Assembly: GCF_036321535.1 (NCBI RefSeq)
Contig: NC_087462.1
Span: forward strand, 2,790,001-2,854,000
From: Camelus dromedarius
Taxonomy: Eukaryota
Direction of reading: 5' to 3'
DNA length: 64,000 nucleotides
Numbering within the stretch: the first letter of the stretch is position 1; each line of letters opens with the position of its first letter. Positions 41,018-63,000 of this stretch are shown piece after piece. A model generated the notes under the pieces. It was not told the origin of the DNA. It saw nothing but the letters and a program-made list of their open reading frames with translations, and ran no database searches. A program made the translations under genes and the position numbers.

Positions 41018-44000
41018 TCAGGCTGGGCTACTGGACTCCCTGATCCTCTTGGAATCCGTCACAGCTGCTGGGGGGCCCTCTCTGGGTCTGGGGGTTCTGA
41101 TTCCCCTTCCCAATCCCGGGAACGCTCTTGGCCTTGGCTGCCCAGAGGAGCCTGGGCCAGGAGAGACTCTGACTGTAGAGATGGGCGGACTGGGCCTAGG
41201 ACTGGGGCAGGATTTGGGAGCTAGATGCCGCTTGGGGGTGGGGGGCTGGGGAAAAGAGATCAGATAGAAGCTTTGGCCATTCTCATCCTCCCTGGGGATG
41301 TCCAGCACCTTCCCCTCCACAGACCATGCCTCACTCTTTTTGGGGGTCTTCCGGGGCCGGTATAGGACATTGCTGTAGACTGGATTCCCTGCATTGGAAA
41401 GCGGAGGGTATGACACCAAGAGGGAACAGTTACTTAAGAGAGCCTGGCCCGCTCCAGCTCACTTCTGGGGGCTTTGTCTATACTTCTGAAAAACATGGGT
41501 GTAGGGACCAGGCTTCTCCATCTATTCCCCTTCTCTGCCCCTCCAGCCCCACCCTCCCCCCTTCCAAAAGGGGCAGCTATGGAAGCCAGACGGGGATGTA
41601 GTCTATCCTTCTCTCGCAGCTGCAGTTCCCGCCTCCGCCACCCGGGGGCGGAGTCGCCAGGGGATGTCAGCGCCCGTGGGAACCGTCTGCCCTCCGCGAC
41701 GCTGCCTGCGCGGCTCCCTACCTGCGTCCGTGTGCCGGCGGCGGCGGCGGCCCCAGATCCAGGCGCCCAGAGCGAAAGCGGCCACAGCCACAGCCCCCGT
41801 CACCAGCAGCGCGAGAAAGAGCCCTTGGAGGGGAGGGAAGGTTGTGGGTGGTCCGACGGGGGGCGGGGCTAGAGGAGGGACACGTGGGCGGAGCTCACCT
41901 GAGAAGCTCTGGTCCAGGTTCAGCGGCGAGCCGTCTGCAGAGAAGAAACCTACGTCTCGAGGGGTGCTCACCTTTGAGTCCAGCTTCCTGCACCCCTTCA
42001 GGGTAAGAGCCCCTCTACCCCGTATGGGACCTCAGGGCTCCTGCCCCTGCCGTGCTGTGTGAGTTTAGGGAAGTATTTGCTGTGAACCTGTTTCCTCTTC
42101 TGAAAAATGAGACTAATCATTACTGTTTTGCTGAGTTATTGTGAAATAACTGCCAACGGGACTTTTTCATCGTGAGCCCCATTGCTCCCATAATAGTCTA
42201 CACCACTCCCATCACAAACCTTATCATCCCCACCATGAGTCCCATCGTCCTCACCATGAACTTCATCAACCCCACCATGAGCTCCATCCTCCTGGTCATG
42301 GGACCCATCATCCTTATGGCTCCTGTTTTTTGAGCCTCACAGAGCCTGAGTCACTTGCCTGGGGTCGCACACCCTGCTTTGAGCAAAGGCATTGCTCCCC
42401 TCAGCTCCCCCACCACTTTCACTGTTTCAGAAAACAAACAAACAAACAAAAACTTACACTGGCCTGAACATTTGAGTCTTGCTGAATAATCAGCACCGCA
42501 GACACAATAATAACCACTTCTGTTTATTGAGGACTTACTATGTCCCAGACCCTGTAATAAACTCTTCCGGTATGCTTCCTTTAAATTCACCTAGTCTGAT
42601 GAGGAAAGCACTATAAGCTGTATTTTGATAACTAAGGAAACAGGCACAGAGGGGTCAAGTTACTTGCCCAAGGTCACACAGCAAGTAAATAGCAGAATGG
42701 GCATGTGCTTTTATATTTTAAATTATAATTATAATTGACATGAATCCCAGCCAAAGACTCCTTCTTCTGTGACTGAAATGAGTCCAGGTGCCCCCAGCCC
42801 CTTAATTCTGCAGATTCTAAAGCTGGCAGTGGTCCCGGGGTCGGGGGGCTGCCAAGCAGCTGTTCAGGGGTGAGGAAGCCAGCTGTGTGGAGCTGGACTT
42901 GTGCCCGCCAGCTCCCACTCCCTTGCAGCTGCCAACAATTCACAGCCTGGTGCCTCTGCCACCCCGCCTCTGCTAATTGGTAATTGGCCCCTTCGTCACT
43001 TGGAGGGATGGGGGGCAGGCAGGACAGCCATAACACACCGCCTTGGAGGCAGGCAGTGGGTGGGTCCTGCCAGCTGGAGAGACAGGGACTTCAGAGTTGG
43101 GAGCCCGCGGGCAGTTCTCCGTTCTGCCTGATAGGGGCTGGGCATGCGCACAAGGCCCTCCAGAACCTCTGAGAAAGCAGGACCCTATCTGGGTCAGCTT
43201 GGGTCTCCTGCCTCATGCAGGGTTTAGCCCATGAGGGGGTGTCACGCAGAGTCGGGCAAACGTGTGACTGGGGCTCCCGGGAAAGCTGGCAGCACCCCTG
43301 GCTTGCGTGTGTGGCTTCATGCTCTGTAAACCGAGGCAGCTGCAGCTGGTTTAGCTGATCCGGGAAGTTTCTGCCAGTCTTGAGAGTCAATGGCTGTCGA
43401 GTCTCGATTCTGGAATTCTAGAATTCTCTCCTCTTACACACTCTGAGACTGCAAAATTCTCTAAGCACCTGTCTATTCAAAGTACTTACAATACTACAAT
43501 TCTAAGATTCTAGAATCATCCATTCCTTTATTTCAGTGTTTCTCAACACTTTTTCATTATCACCCCCACTAAGGAGACTTTTTAAGACTCTTAATTTGTT
43601 CCCCCATGAAATTTTAATATCACAGATATACTGAAATCTGTTTATCTGCATGTCTGTGCTTTATATATAAAAAAAGTAAGATTTTCTTTGCTCCCCCAAA
43701 ACCAATTTTTGCCTCCTTAAGAGTGGTAGTCCCCATTGAGAACATATGCTGTGATTCTAGGGGCCTGGAATTCATGTCCCTAGCATTCTAGAACTGAGAG
43801 ATTCTATTTGTTGTTCAAGATTCTGGAATTGTCCTAGGCACAATAGAAATGTGCCCGAAAGTTGACCAAAAGACAAGTTCTAGGTTGTTAAATAAAATAT
43901 GAAAGCAGTCAAAATAGATTTACGCTGTTAGGAGTCGGGATGATGTGAGAGGGGCATGAGGATGGATCTGGGGGTGCAGATATGTTTCTTGAGCAGGGTG

Positions 44001-47000
44001 ATTGGTACCTGGGTGTGCTCAGGTTGGGAGAATACATTGCTATGGTTTGCATACGTCCCTCCAAAATTCACAGGTTGAATCCTAACCCCCAATATGATGG
44101 TATTTGGAGGTTGGGGCCTTTGGGCCGTGATTAGAGAATGAGGGTAGAGCTTTCATGAATGGGGTCAGAGCTCTTATATAAAAAAAGACCCCAGGAAGCA
44201 CCTCCACCCCTTCCGCCACATGAGGACACAGCGAGAGGGTGCAGGCGATGAACCAGGAAGAGGGTTCTCACCACCACATGACCCCGCTGCTTTGATCTCA
44301 GGTTTCCAACCTCCAGAATTATGAGAAATAAATCTGTTGTTTATAAGCCACCCAACCTGTAGTATTTTTTTAAAGCAGCAGCTGAATTAAGACGTCCATT
44401 GAGCTGGCCGCTTCTGGCATGTACATTTCTCTGTATGTAGGATATACTTGAATAACATGTTTTATGGGATTGTTTTGACTCAAAATCCAGAATTATATAT
44501 ATTCAAGAGTCTTTATGAGTGTGATATCCTGGAACAGGGCTCAGCAAACTACATCCTGTGGGTCGAATTTGGCCCACTGCCTTTTTGTTTAAATAAAGTT
44601 TTATTGGAACCCAGGCCCGCCCGTTCTTACATGTACATCTATGGTGAATTGCATGCTACGAGGGCAGAGTGGAGTAGTTACGACAGAGACTATCTGGTGT
44701 ACAAAACAAAAAATATTTACCAGGTGGCCCTTTACAAAGGAAATTGCCAAGCCCTGGTCTGAAATTATAGGTTCCAGTGTGTCTTTGGTTCTGTCACCCA
44801 GAATTTGATGTTCTTGCGTTTGTAGACTCTCTGTTCCTAAGAATCTGATTTGGAGAATTTGTGTTTCTAGGAATTTGAGAGTCTAGAGTCTTAAGATTCT
44901 AGGAGTTCCAAGCCCCGGGCTTGCCCCCCCTTGCTCTCATACCTGTTTCCTCCACTAGGAGCTGCGTCCCGTTGCCCTGGGCCTCCTCCAACTCGGGGAT
45001 CTCCATGGTCGCCCAGCACACGTAGGACCCGCTGTCATTGAGGCCTACGCGGTCCAGCTGCAGGGTGAGGTGGCCAGGTGGCCACCAGGAGAGCCGTCCC
45101 CAGGGCCCACACCCCCCCACGCTGAGACTGCTGTTGGTGATGTGTGTCTGGCACAGAGTGTCTCCGTCCTTGGTCCACTCGACATGGAGCCGCTCCCAGG
45201 CCGGGGCCTGCACCACCTGGCAGGCCAAGGTCACTCGGCTGTCCTGCCTCACCTGCAGCACCTTGGGTGCCTGCTGCACACTCAGGCCGGTGGCTCCTTG
45301 CAGGGCTGGGGGACAGAAGAGGTGAGTGAGCCCTTTTTCAGTACGTGTGTGAGTGTGAGACTTGCTCCGCTAGCCGGGCCACAGGGATGGGGCACTACCA
45401 GTCTGAAAGCTTGCCACCTGTGTGATCTTTGCAAGGTCATTGCTTGCTGAAGCTCAGTGGCCTTATCGGTGGAATGGGTCTAAGTCTCTCGGCACTTGTG
45501 AGATTTCACGGTGGACTCTATGACGTGTCCAGCTCTCAGCCACGTAGATATCACCTCATGTGTGCCAGACCTTGTTCTGGACACTGTGGACTCAGACACA
45601 GAGGTGACTGAGATAGACAAAAATCCCTACCCTCATGGAGCTGACAGTCTAGGGGGAGAGAGAGGCACAGGAAGTCGTGAAATGAGAATCATGATGGAGG
45701 AAAGGAATGGGGAGGAACAACAGAGGATAAGGATGAGGTAGGAGGGTCTACTGAGTGACAGTGGTCAGGAAAGGCCTCTCCCAGGAGGCGACGTTTGAGC
45801 AAGGATCTGAATGGTAAGAAGTAGGCAGTTATGGGAAGGAAGGAAGATATGGAGGAAGAAGCACTCCATACAGAGGGAATGGCCTGTGCAAAGGTCCTGA
45901 GGCTGGACTGTGCCCGGTGAGTTGGAGGAACAGGGAGGAGGCCCCTGTGGCTGGAACAGAGTGAGCCAGGGGGAGAGAGGAAGGAAATGGGATCAGAGAA
46001 GTTGGCAAGGAATGGCTTATAAGAGGCTTGCCGGCCATAGGGGTCGGGTGCTGCAGAGGTAGGGAGGTGGGGGCGGGGAAAGAGGAGCAGTTTACTTTTT
46101 AATATACGAGTGATGGGAAACCAGTGGAGCAGGGAGGAAATGGGGTCCAATTTAAGTTGACTGCTGTGGTAAGAACAGATATGCCGTTGAGGATATCGGG
46201 GCTGCTGGGAAATGAGGGTCCAGGAGAGCAGTAATTGGGGCCAGACCCTCAAACAAGAGATCAGAGTCCGAACAGATTTTGAAGGTTGCCCCTGGAAGAA
46301 CTACAAGAAGAATTGAATTGGGAGAGAGGGATGGTGGCAGGTTTCCAAGGTTTTAGCCCGAGGGACTATGTGAACAGCGATGGCTTTGTTCCAAGATGAA
46401 GGACACCAAGGGAGACGCAGGGCTCGGGGGAAAGAAAGAGTTTGTTTTCGGCCAAGAGAAGTCAGGAGCGCCTGTGAGACTCCCCAGAGGGGTGAATTTG
46501 TGTCAAGTTCCTGGCATTTGGGATGCCATTGCAGCCGAAGCTAGAAAGAGGAGATCCGGGCAAGAGTGTTCTGGGCAGAGGGGACAGCACGTGCAAAGGC
46601 CCCGAGGTGGGATCAGGCTTGATGTGTTGAGGAAAAAAAGAAAAGAGAGAGGAGTCAGCAGCTGGACCCCAGGGAGAGAGGGAATGCAGGGGATGGTGGA
46701 GACACGAGAGGCCAGCGGGGCCAGGTCACACAAGACTTACCTGCAGATTGTGGTGTGAATGTTATTCTAGGGGCCCCCTCTGGGGATCCTTGCTAGAATC
46801 CTTCAATCCCTGTAAAGTTCTGAGTATCAAGGAGAGAGACGGAGCCTATCTGGCACAGCGGAGAGATTAAGGTTTGCAGGGGCTCCGAACTGGACGGGCA
46901 GGCAGCTGGGGTGATGGGCCCCAAGAGGATGGCCACAGAGGGAAGGGAGGACCAAGTACTCACCCCAGAGCTGCACCAGGAGGACCAGCATTGTGCCTGG

Positions 47001-47009
47001 GGACCCCAT
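41018..47009 (-). CDS. TMIGD2: Transmembrane and Ig domain-containing 2 (CD28H/IGPR-1), 305 aa, intact
   Basis: Minus-strand exons: 46964-47009 ([15 protein letters not shown]), 44943-45305 (IgV: ...[24 protein letters not shown]...[28 protein letters not shown]), 41899-41934, 41722-41823 (TM helix [23 protein letters not shown], then RRRRR), 41018-41388 ([11 protein letters not shown]...Pro-rich tail). All introns phase 1, GT-AG; total 918 nt. Confidence 0.95.
43534..43748. mobile_element. Non-autonomous hAT-type element (subfamily not determined)
   Basis: CAGTGTTTCTCAA at the left end and TTGAGAACATATG at the right end (imperfect TIRs), with an AT-rich interior. Confidence 0.5.
44038..44394 (+). 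mobile_element. MLT1A-like solo LTR
   Basis: tgctatggtttg...ccctccaaaattcacaggttgaatcctaacccccaatatgatggtatttggagg...ccagaattatgagaaataaatctgttgtttataagccacc. Confidence 0.85.
44535..44756 (+). mobile_element. MER58A-like hAT element
   Basis: cagggctcagcaaactac...aaataaagttttattggaac...aaaaaatatttacc...ttgccaagccctg, with TIR-like ends. Confidence 0.75.
45500..46620 (+). mobile_element. L2 LINE fragment(s) in TMIGD2 intron 1 (other L2 pieces at about 15420-16220, 25170-25600, 29000-29250, 53060-53400, 54400-54960, 57040-57300)
   Basis: gtgccagaccttgttctggacactg...cctcatggagctgacagtctagggg...cagagggaatggcctgtgcaaaggtcctgagg...gagtgatgggaaaccagtggag. Confidence 0.7.
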
Positions 47010-47078
47010 TCCTGGCCCATCAGGTCCCCCTCTCCTGGGTGGCTCCCCACCACCTCCACTCCCCCTCCTATTTGACAG

Positions 47079-47193
47079 ACTTCCTGCCACAAAGGCATAT
47101 GTGACACTCCATCCCCGCCACAGGGGCCTATGTGACACCTGGGCCAGCCGGCAGACATCCGGTGGCCACAGCTGCTTGGGGCTCCACTTCCTG
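47079..47193 (-). promoter_or_regulatory. TMIGD2 proximal ETS sites
   Basis: Two ACTTCCTG (CAGGAAGT on -) at 47079-47086 and 47186-47193, within 190 nt upstream of the ATG of a T/NK-cell gene. Confidence 0.4.
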
Positions 47194-47847
47194 TCATCTC
47201 GTGCCTCAGTTTCCTCAAAGGTTTTTTTCCCTAATCTGAAAGGTGGTATACACATGCGATGGAGATACTGTGAGTGAAAATCTTTCTGAAAGACTACATA
47301 AACACGCCTAGGTTGGGGGGACACATTGGAAGGGCAGGTAAAGCAAGGACTAGGGAGGGGAACAGATGACACAGGCCTGAGCAGAGGACAGAAAGGCAGA
47401 ATCCCAGCCTCAGTTATTTTGCCCCTAAGATGTCTTCTTTTGAGGTTCAGAGAAATGGATTTCTGCTGATGACTTTGAGTCCTGCGGCAGGTAGGGGCGT
47501 TCCCCTACCCCCACAGTCTGGGGAGAAGTTTGGGGGCCCAGTTGAGGGGGTTCATAGGCTCTAGACTTTCTCCCAGCCCTGCACCCATCACAGCTGGCAG
47601 TACCCAGCCCCGGAGGAAGAGGAGGTTGCAGACTCCTGGGCCTCAATGTCTCATCTCAGACCACAGTGTGACCTCCTTTTTCAACTAGAAAGAAGAGGGT
47701 CAGTGTTCTTCACAGAAATGTTCCTGTCAACCACAGGGAAGTCCCTCTGGTGGCGCTCTGCCCACACCTCCCAAGTAGGTACACACAGCTTCCCAGCCTC
47801 CTGCTGCCCAGGCCTCCCCCCTCCTTCAGACTTTCAGGAAGGACTTT

Positions 47848-47964
47848 TTGTCTTTTAGGTTATTTATTTATTTAATTTATTTTTAACGGAGGTCCTGGGG
47901 GTTGAACCCAGGACTCTGTGCATGCTAAGCATGCGCTCTACCAGTGAGCTATAGCCCCCTCCCC
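47848..47964 (-). mobile_element. Vic-1-like SINE between the TMIGD2 and FSD1 starts
   Basis: Reverse-strand head GGGGAGGGGGCTATAGCTCACTGGTAGAGCGCATGCTTAGCATGCACAGAGTCCTGGGTTCAACCCC; AAGGACTTT at 47839 and 47968 flanks it. Confidence 0.85.
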
Positions 47965-48729
47965 AGAAAGGACTTTCTGAAACTCCACTCTTCACCTGTC
48001 CTCTGCAAGGGGTGATGCTGGAGATCATGGATAAAGTCAGCCCCAAGCTGACGGGCTAGACAGAGCTGGATGCAGACATTCCTAGCCCTATGGATTCTGG
48101 GCAGGCAGAGAGGCTTCTGGAGATTGTGAGCACCTGGGGCTTTGTGGGATGTATAGGAGTTCAGTTGTGATGTAGGGAGGGAAAGGCAGCATTGGTAACT
48201 GAACAACTGCTTAGGCAAAAGACTTTAGCTTTTCAGTAAATGCAAAGTGTGAATAGTCAAGGGTCAGATCTTGGGGTGGATGTGTGTGTAGGGGTGGGGT
48301 GGGTGGGTTGCTGTGGAATTCCAGTTTGATTAGCAGCCAAGAAGTTGCTTGGGTGAACGCGTGGACTAACTGAGGCACTAGGAGGACTAGGGATGGGCTC
48401 GAGGTCACATGGCAGTTGAACCCAGGCATCTTGACTCTCAGTTCCGGGCTCTCTCCACCTCAGACATCATTAGCAATATTGCCTGGTGAGACCCATGCTC
48501 TGGGGGTCCCGGGTCTCGGAGACCCCAGCGCAAAAGGACTACATTTCCCAGCCTGCCACGACGGGCGCGCCTGCGCGCAGCGGCCAGTGATGGAGCGCTG
48601 ACTGGGGGCGCGGCAGCGGCGGCGAGGGCTCGGCGGGCCATTGGCTCCCGGCAGTGGCAAAGGCAGCCTGGGGACTAGAAGGGCGAGTAGGACCCGCGGG
48701 CCTGGCAGGAGAAGACCTGGGTTGCAGCC

Positions 48730-59591
<10,862 letters not shown>

Positions 59592-59761
59592 GCCCCCAGA
59601 CCGCTCACCAGCTGGGCTGATTTGTGGGGGGCTGCCTCCAGGCCTTGGCTGTTTCAGCCGGGCACCCTCCTCTCACTTGCTGCTTGGAGCCTTAACTCCT
59701 GATGGAGGTCACCAATGGGGAGCGGGCCCTGGGGTGGGCCCTTCTCCCCACCTCACCTCCT

Positions 59762-59767
59762 AATAAA
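59762..59767 (+). terminator. FSD1 poly(A) signal
   Basis: AATAAA about 170 nt after the stop codon. Confidence 0.75.
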
Positions 59768-60019
59768 GGTCAAACACTGGCCAGGCTGCGCTGCTGGTTC
59801 TTTGGGACTGGGTGGCCCTGGGTGTGCCCGGCCCTCTCTGGACCTCAGCTTTCTTGGCTGTAAAGCGGGCTTTTCTTGCAGGGTCAGGTGGCAGGTTTTG
59901 CTGAGCTGAAGACCACTGGGACTGAGTGGGGCCAGCTGTGGCCAGCCATCTGCCGGACCCCCTCACTGCCCCACCAAGCCAAGCCAAGCCACATACATGG
60001 GTCCTGGGGTCTCTGGAGC

Positions 60020-60025
60020 TTTAAT
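60020..60025 (-). terminator. STAP2 poly(A) signal (ATTAAA)
   Basis: TTTAAT on + (ATTAAA on -) about 30 nt after the stop codon. Confidence 0.55.
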
Positions 60026-60056
60026 TCTGGGAGGAGGGGTCTGCCTGACTGATGTG

Positions 60057-63000
60057 TCATGCTTGGAGGTTGGCCTGCTGGTCCCCAGTGCGCGCAGCTG
60101 CGTGCTCCAGCGCCCGCCTCCTTTGCAGTTTCTCTTCCAGCTCTGCTGTCACACCTGCCAACCCTGGGATGGAGGGTGGGTACCCAAGGCCTCAGTGGCG
60201 CCAGGGGTCCCCAGTCCAGGCTCTCTCCCCTTACATGCACCCAGGACCACTGCAGAATTTTCAGGGCCCAGCACAAAACGAAAGTGTGTTCAGTGGGCAT
60301 GAAGCATTTCAAGACAAAACACAGCAGAGCATTAACCCAAGCGTGGAGCACTCCAGAGTGTGGCTCCCATTTGTAAAGCCCACCCTGCACTGACCCCTTA
60401 CCTGTTGTAGGGGAGAAAACCTGTGCTGAGCTGACTGCCAGCTTCTTCGCCAGGCCACTGTTGAGGCCTTTGGGCTCTGAGAAGAAGGCAGATGAAAGCT
60501 GAGGCTGGCCCTTCCTCCACTGGATGGGGGAGGGGCTGGGAGGAGGGACCCCCTACCTGGTTTGGGCATAACAGGTGTCTTTGGAGGCTTGGCCTGAAAC
60601 TTGGCCAACTTCCTGGGCTTCTGGACAACTGGCCGACTAGGGGAAGGCACTGCGTGGACAAAGATATGGTGTGTCACATCCAGTTGTTAGCCTGTTTCCT
60701 GTCCCCAACTCTCAGCCACCCCTGGTCCCCCACCCACCGTCCCCGTTCACGTAGTTGGCAGCAGGGTCATCTCCAATGGGGATCACATAGTTCTCATCCT
60801 GGTTTGGTAGTGGGGGCAGCTTGTTGTGGCTGGACACAGGCGTGATGGATGCAGGAGGCAGCTGCTTGGGGAGTGCAGGACCTGGTGGGAAACTGTGGTC
60901 ACTGTCGGGGCCCATGTGGTACAGGGACAACTCAGGGTGGGTCTGTGTGCTTCTGTGAATGGGGATGTGTGTGTGCACACCCAGACACAGGCATGCGTCC
61001 CTGTGTGTGAGTGTCTGTGCACATGCCCGTTTATGAATCTGTATGTTTGTGTCTGTAGCATCAATGTGTACACTGGGTGAATTTGCAGAAGTTGAATGCA
61101 TGTAAAGGTTTTCTACACATGCACCTAACCGTGTGTATACGTGAATGACACCACGTGGGTACTGAGGTATGGCTTGGGTGCTTGTCGGTATTTGTGTGTA
61201 CACGCGTGTCTATAAAGCTCTGAATTTGTGCTCGTGAATGGAATGTCTGCATTTGTGTGCCCACACGTGGTTTTGGCTTGCTCAAGGTATATATATATGT
61301 GCTACATGGAACTGAAATTGTGTGACGCCCCTGCTCATGCATGTGTGGAGCCATTGTCTGCATAGGAGCTGATTATGCAGGTGGACACAGTTCGTGGTTG
61401 TGAGTGAGGCATGTGTGTACCTACATATGTGACCATCATGCACATGGGCTCTGTAACATCTGCCCAGCCCAGAGGGGACCCTGCTGCTCATGCCACAGAC
61501 CTTTCCAGTCTCTTCCTCTTGCTTCATATGCTGAACCACCTCCCACCCCAATTTCCCAACTCTACCTACTGAAATCCTTTGAAAACTTCAGGGAACACCC
61601 CCTCCTGCACAAAGACTTCCCCCTACTCTGCCCTGCCCCCTCTTCTCCCCATCTTCAGGTGCTGTCCCTGCTCCAACCCCAGGTTCAACCCCAGGGGGCT
61701 GGGAGTGTCTGTGCCCAGCCATGTCCACCCCCTCCAAAACCTGGAAGCCCCTACAGGGCACTTTCTGGGTAATTTCTGGGTCCCTGCAACTCAGGGTACA
61801 GGCCTGGGCATAGGCAGAGCCACGAGAGTCCTAAGTCTCTACTCTGCCCTGGCAGCGGCCGCGGGAAGGGGGCGTCACCTGGGCAGATGGCCGAGGGCGC
61901 CACCCACACACTCTCGCCATTCTCTTTATCGGCCTCCACGTAGCCTGGAACAGAGAGGGTGGCCTGGAGAAGGTACGGTGGCAGGGGGCTGACCCAGGGG
62001 TGTCCCCGTCCAGGAATGGGGCGGGAGAGGCGCGGACTGGGCCCCCGAGTTCCCTGATGCTGTACCCACCTATCACTTTCTCGTAGTCCTCATCCAGCAG
62101 GAAGGGCACCAGCGCCTGATTGGTGTGCGACACGAAATAGTTGACTACTGCGTCTAGTGAGGCACAGGAGAACTGGGGGCAGATAGGAGGTGCAGTCAGG
62201 GCCTGAGGGGAAGGGGCGCAGGTCCCGCCACTGCCCTTCTCGGGACCCCGGCCCAACGCTCACCGGCTGCTCCACGTCGATCACGTACTTGGGGCCCTCG
62301 CACTTCACCTTGTAGTGCCGGACTACCGGAGTCCTGCGAGGGCAGTGGCCTGGCTGAGGACAGGGAAGAGCCCGCCCCTCGCCGTGGCCCCGCACCTACG
62401 GAGGGCCTAACCCCACCTCCTGCTCCCCACCACACTGACCACGCCCCGTCCTGGCGTGGCTCTCTGTGGGGGATCAGGCTCTCGACTGACTCCACCTGCA
62501 CGAAAGACCCTGCCCCTGGTCCTGGCACTGCGCCCCACCACCCGGCCCCAGGACCATGCCCCAAAGGAGTTCACCCCGGGGAGGCCTCGCCCCCGTCCTG
62601 GCTCCGCCCCTAGGCTCTGACTCCACCCTTGGCTTGGCCCCGCCCCTAACTCTCAGCTCGCCCCCGCGTCCGACGGCCCCCCAACCCCGGCTCCGGAGCC
62701 ACGCATGCGCACCCGTTGAGCGCCTGGCGAGTGGTGACCGACACGCCACCAGAGCCGTCCCCGCTGGGCCGCAGCAGCAGGTTCCCGCACTCCGGGTAGC
62801 GCTCCAGGAGCAGTTGCGCCTCCAGCCGGCTCACCTTCAAGAAGCACCTGGGGCGGGCCGCGTCACTCACCAGGAAAGGCCCCGCCCCCAGGGGCACAGC
62901 CACGCCCTCCCTTCGTAACCCCGCCTCGAGAAAACAGCCACGCCCCTGAACGTAACACGCCGCGTCTCCGGGTACCCAGCCACGCCCACTCGTCCACAAT

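Noticed and set aside
42490-42505. REST/RE1 site (TCAGCACCGCAGACAC) between two neuronal genes
   Set aside because: The left half matches, but the right half is AGACAC instead of GGACAG, with two mismatches at key positions.
43405-43520. Heat-shock element (TTCTAGAA repeats)
   Set aside because: Only two contiguous nGAAn units are present, within a decayed low-complexity tract; three are normally needed.
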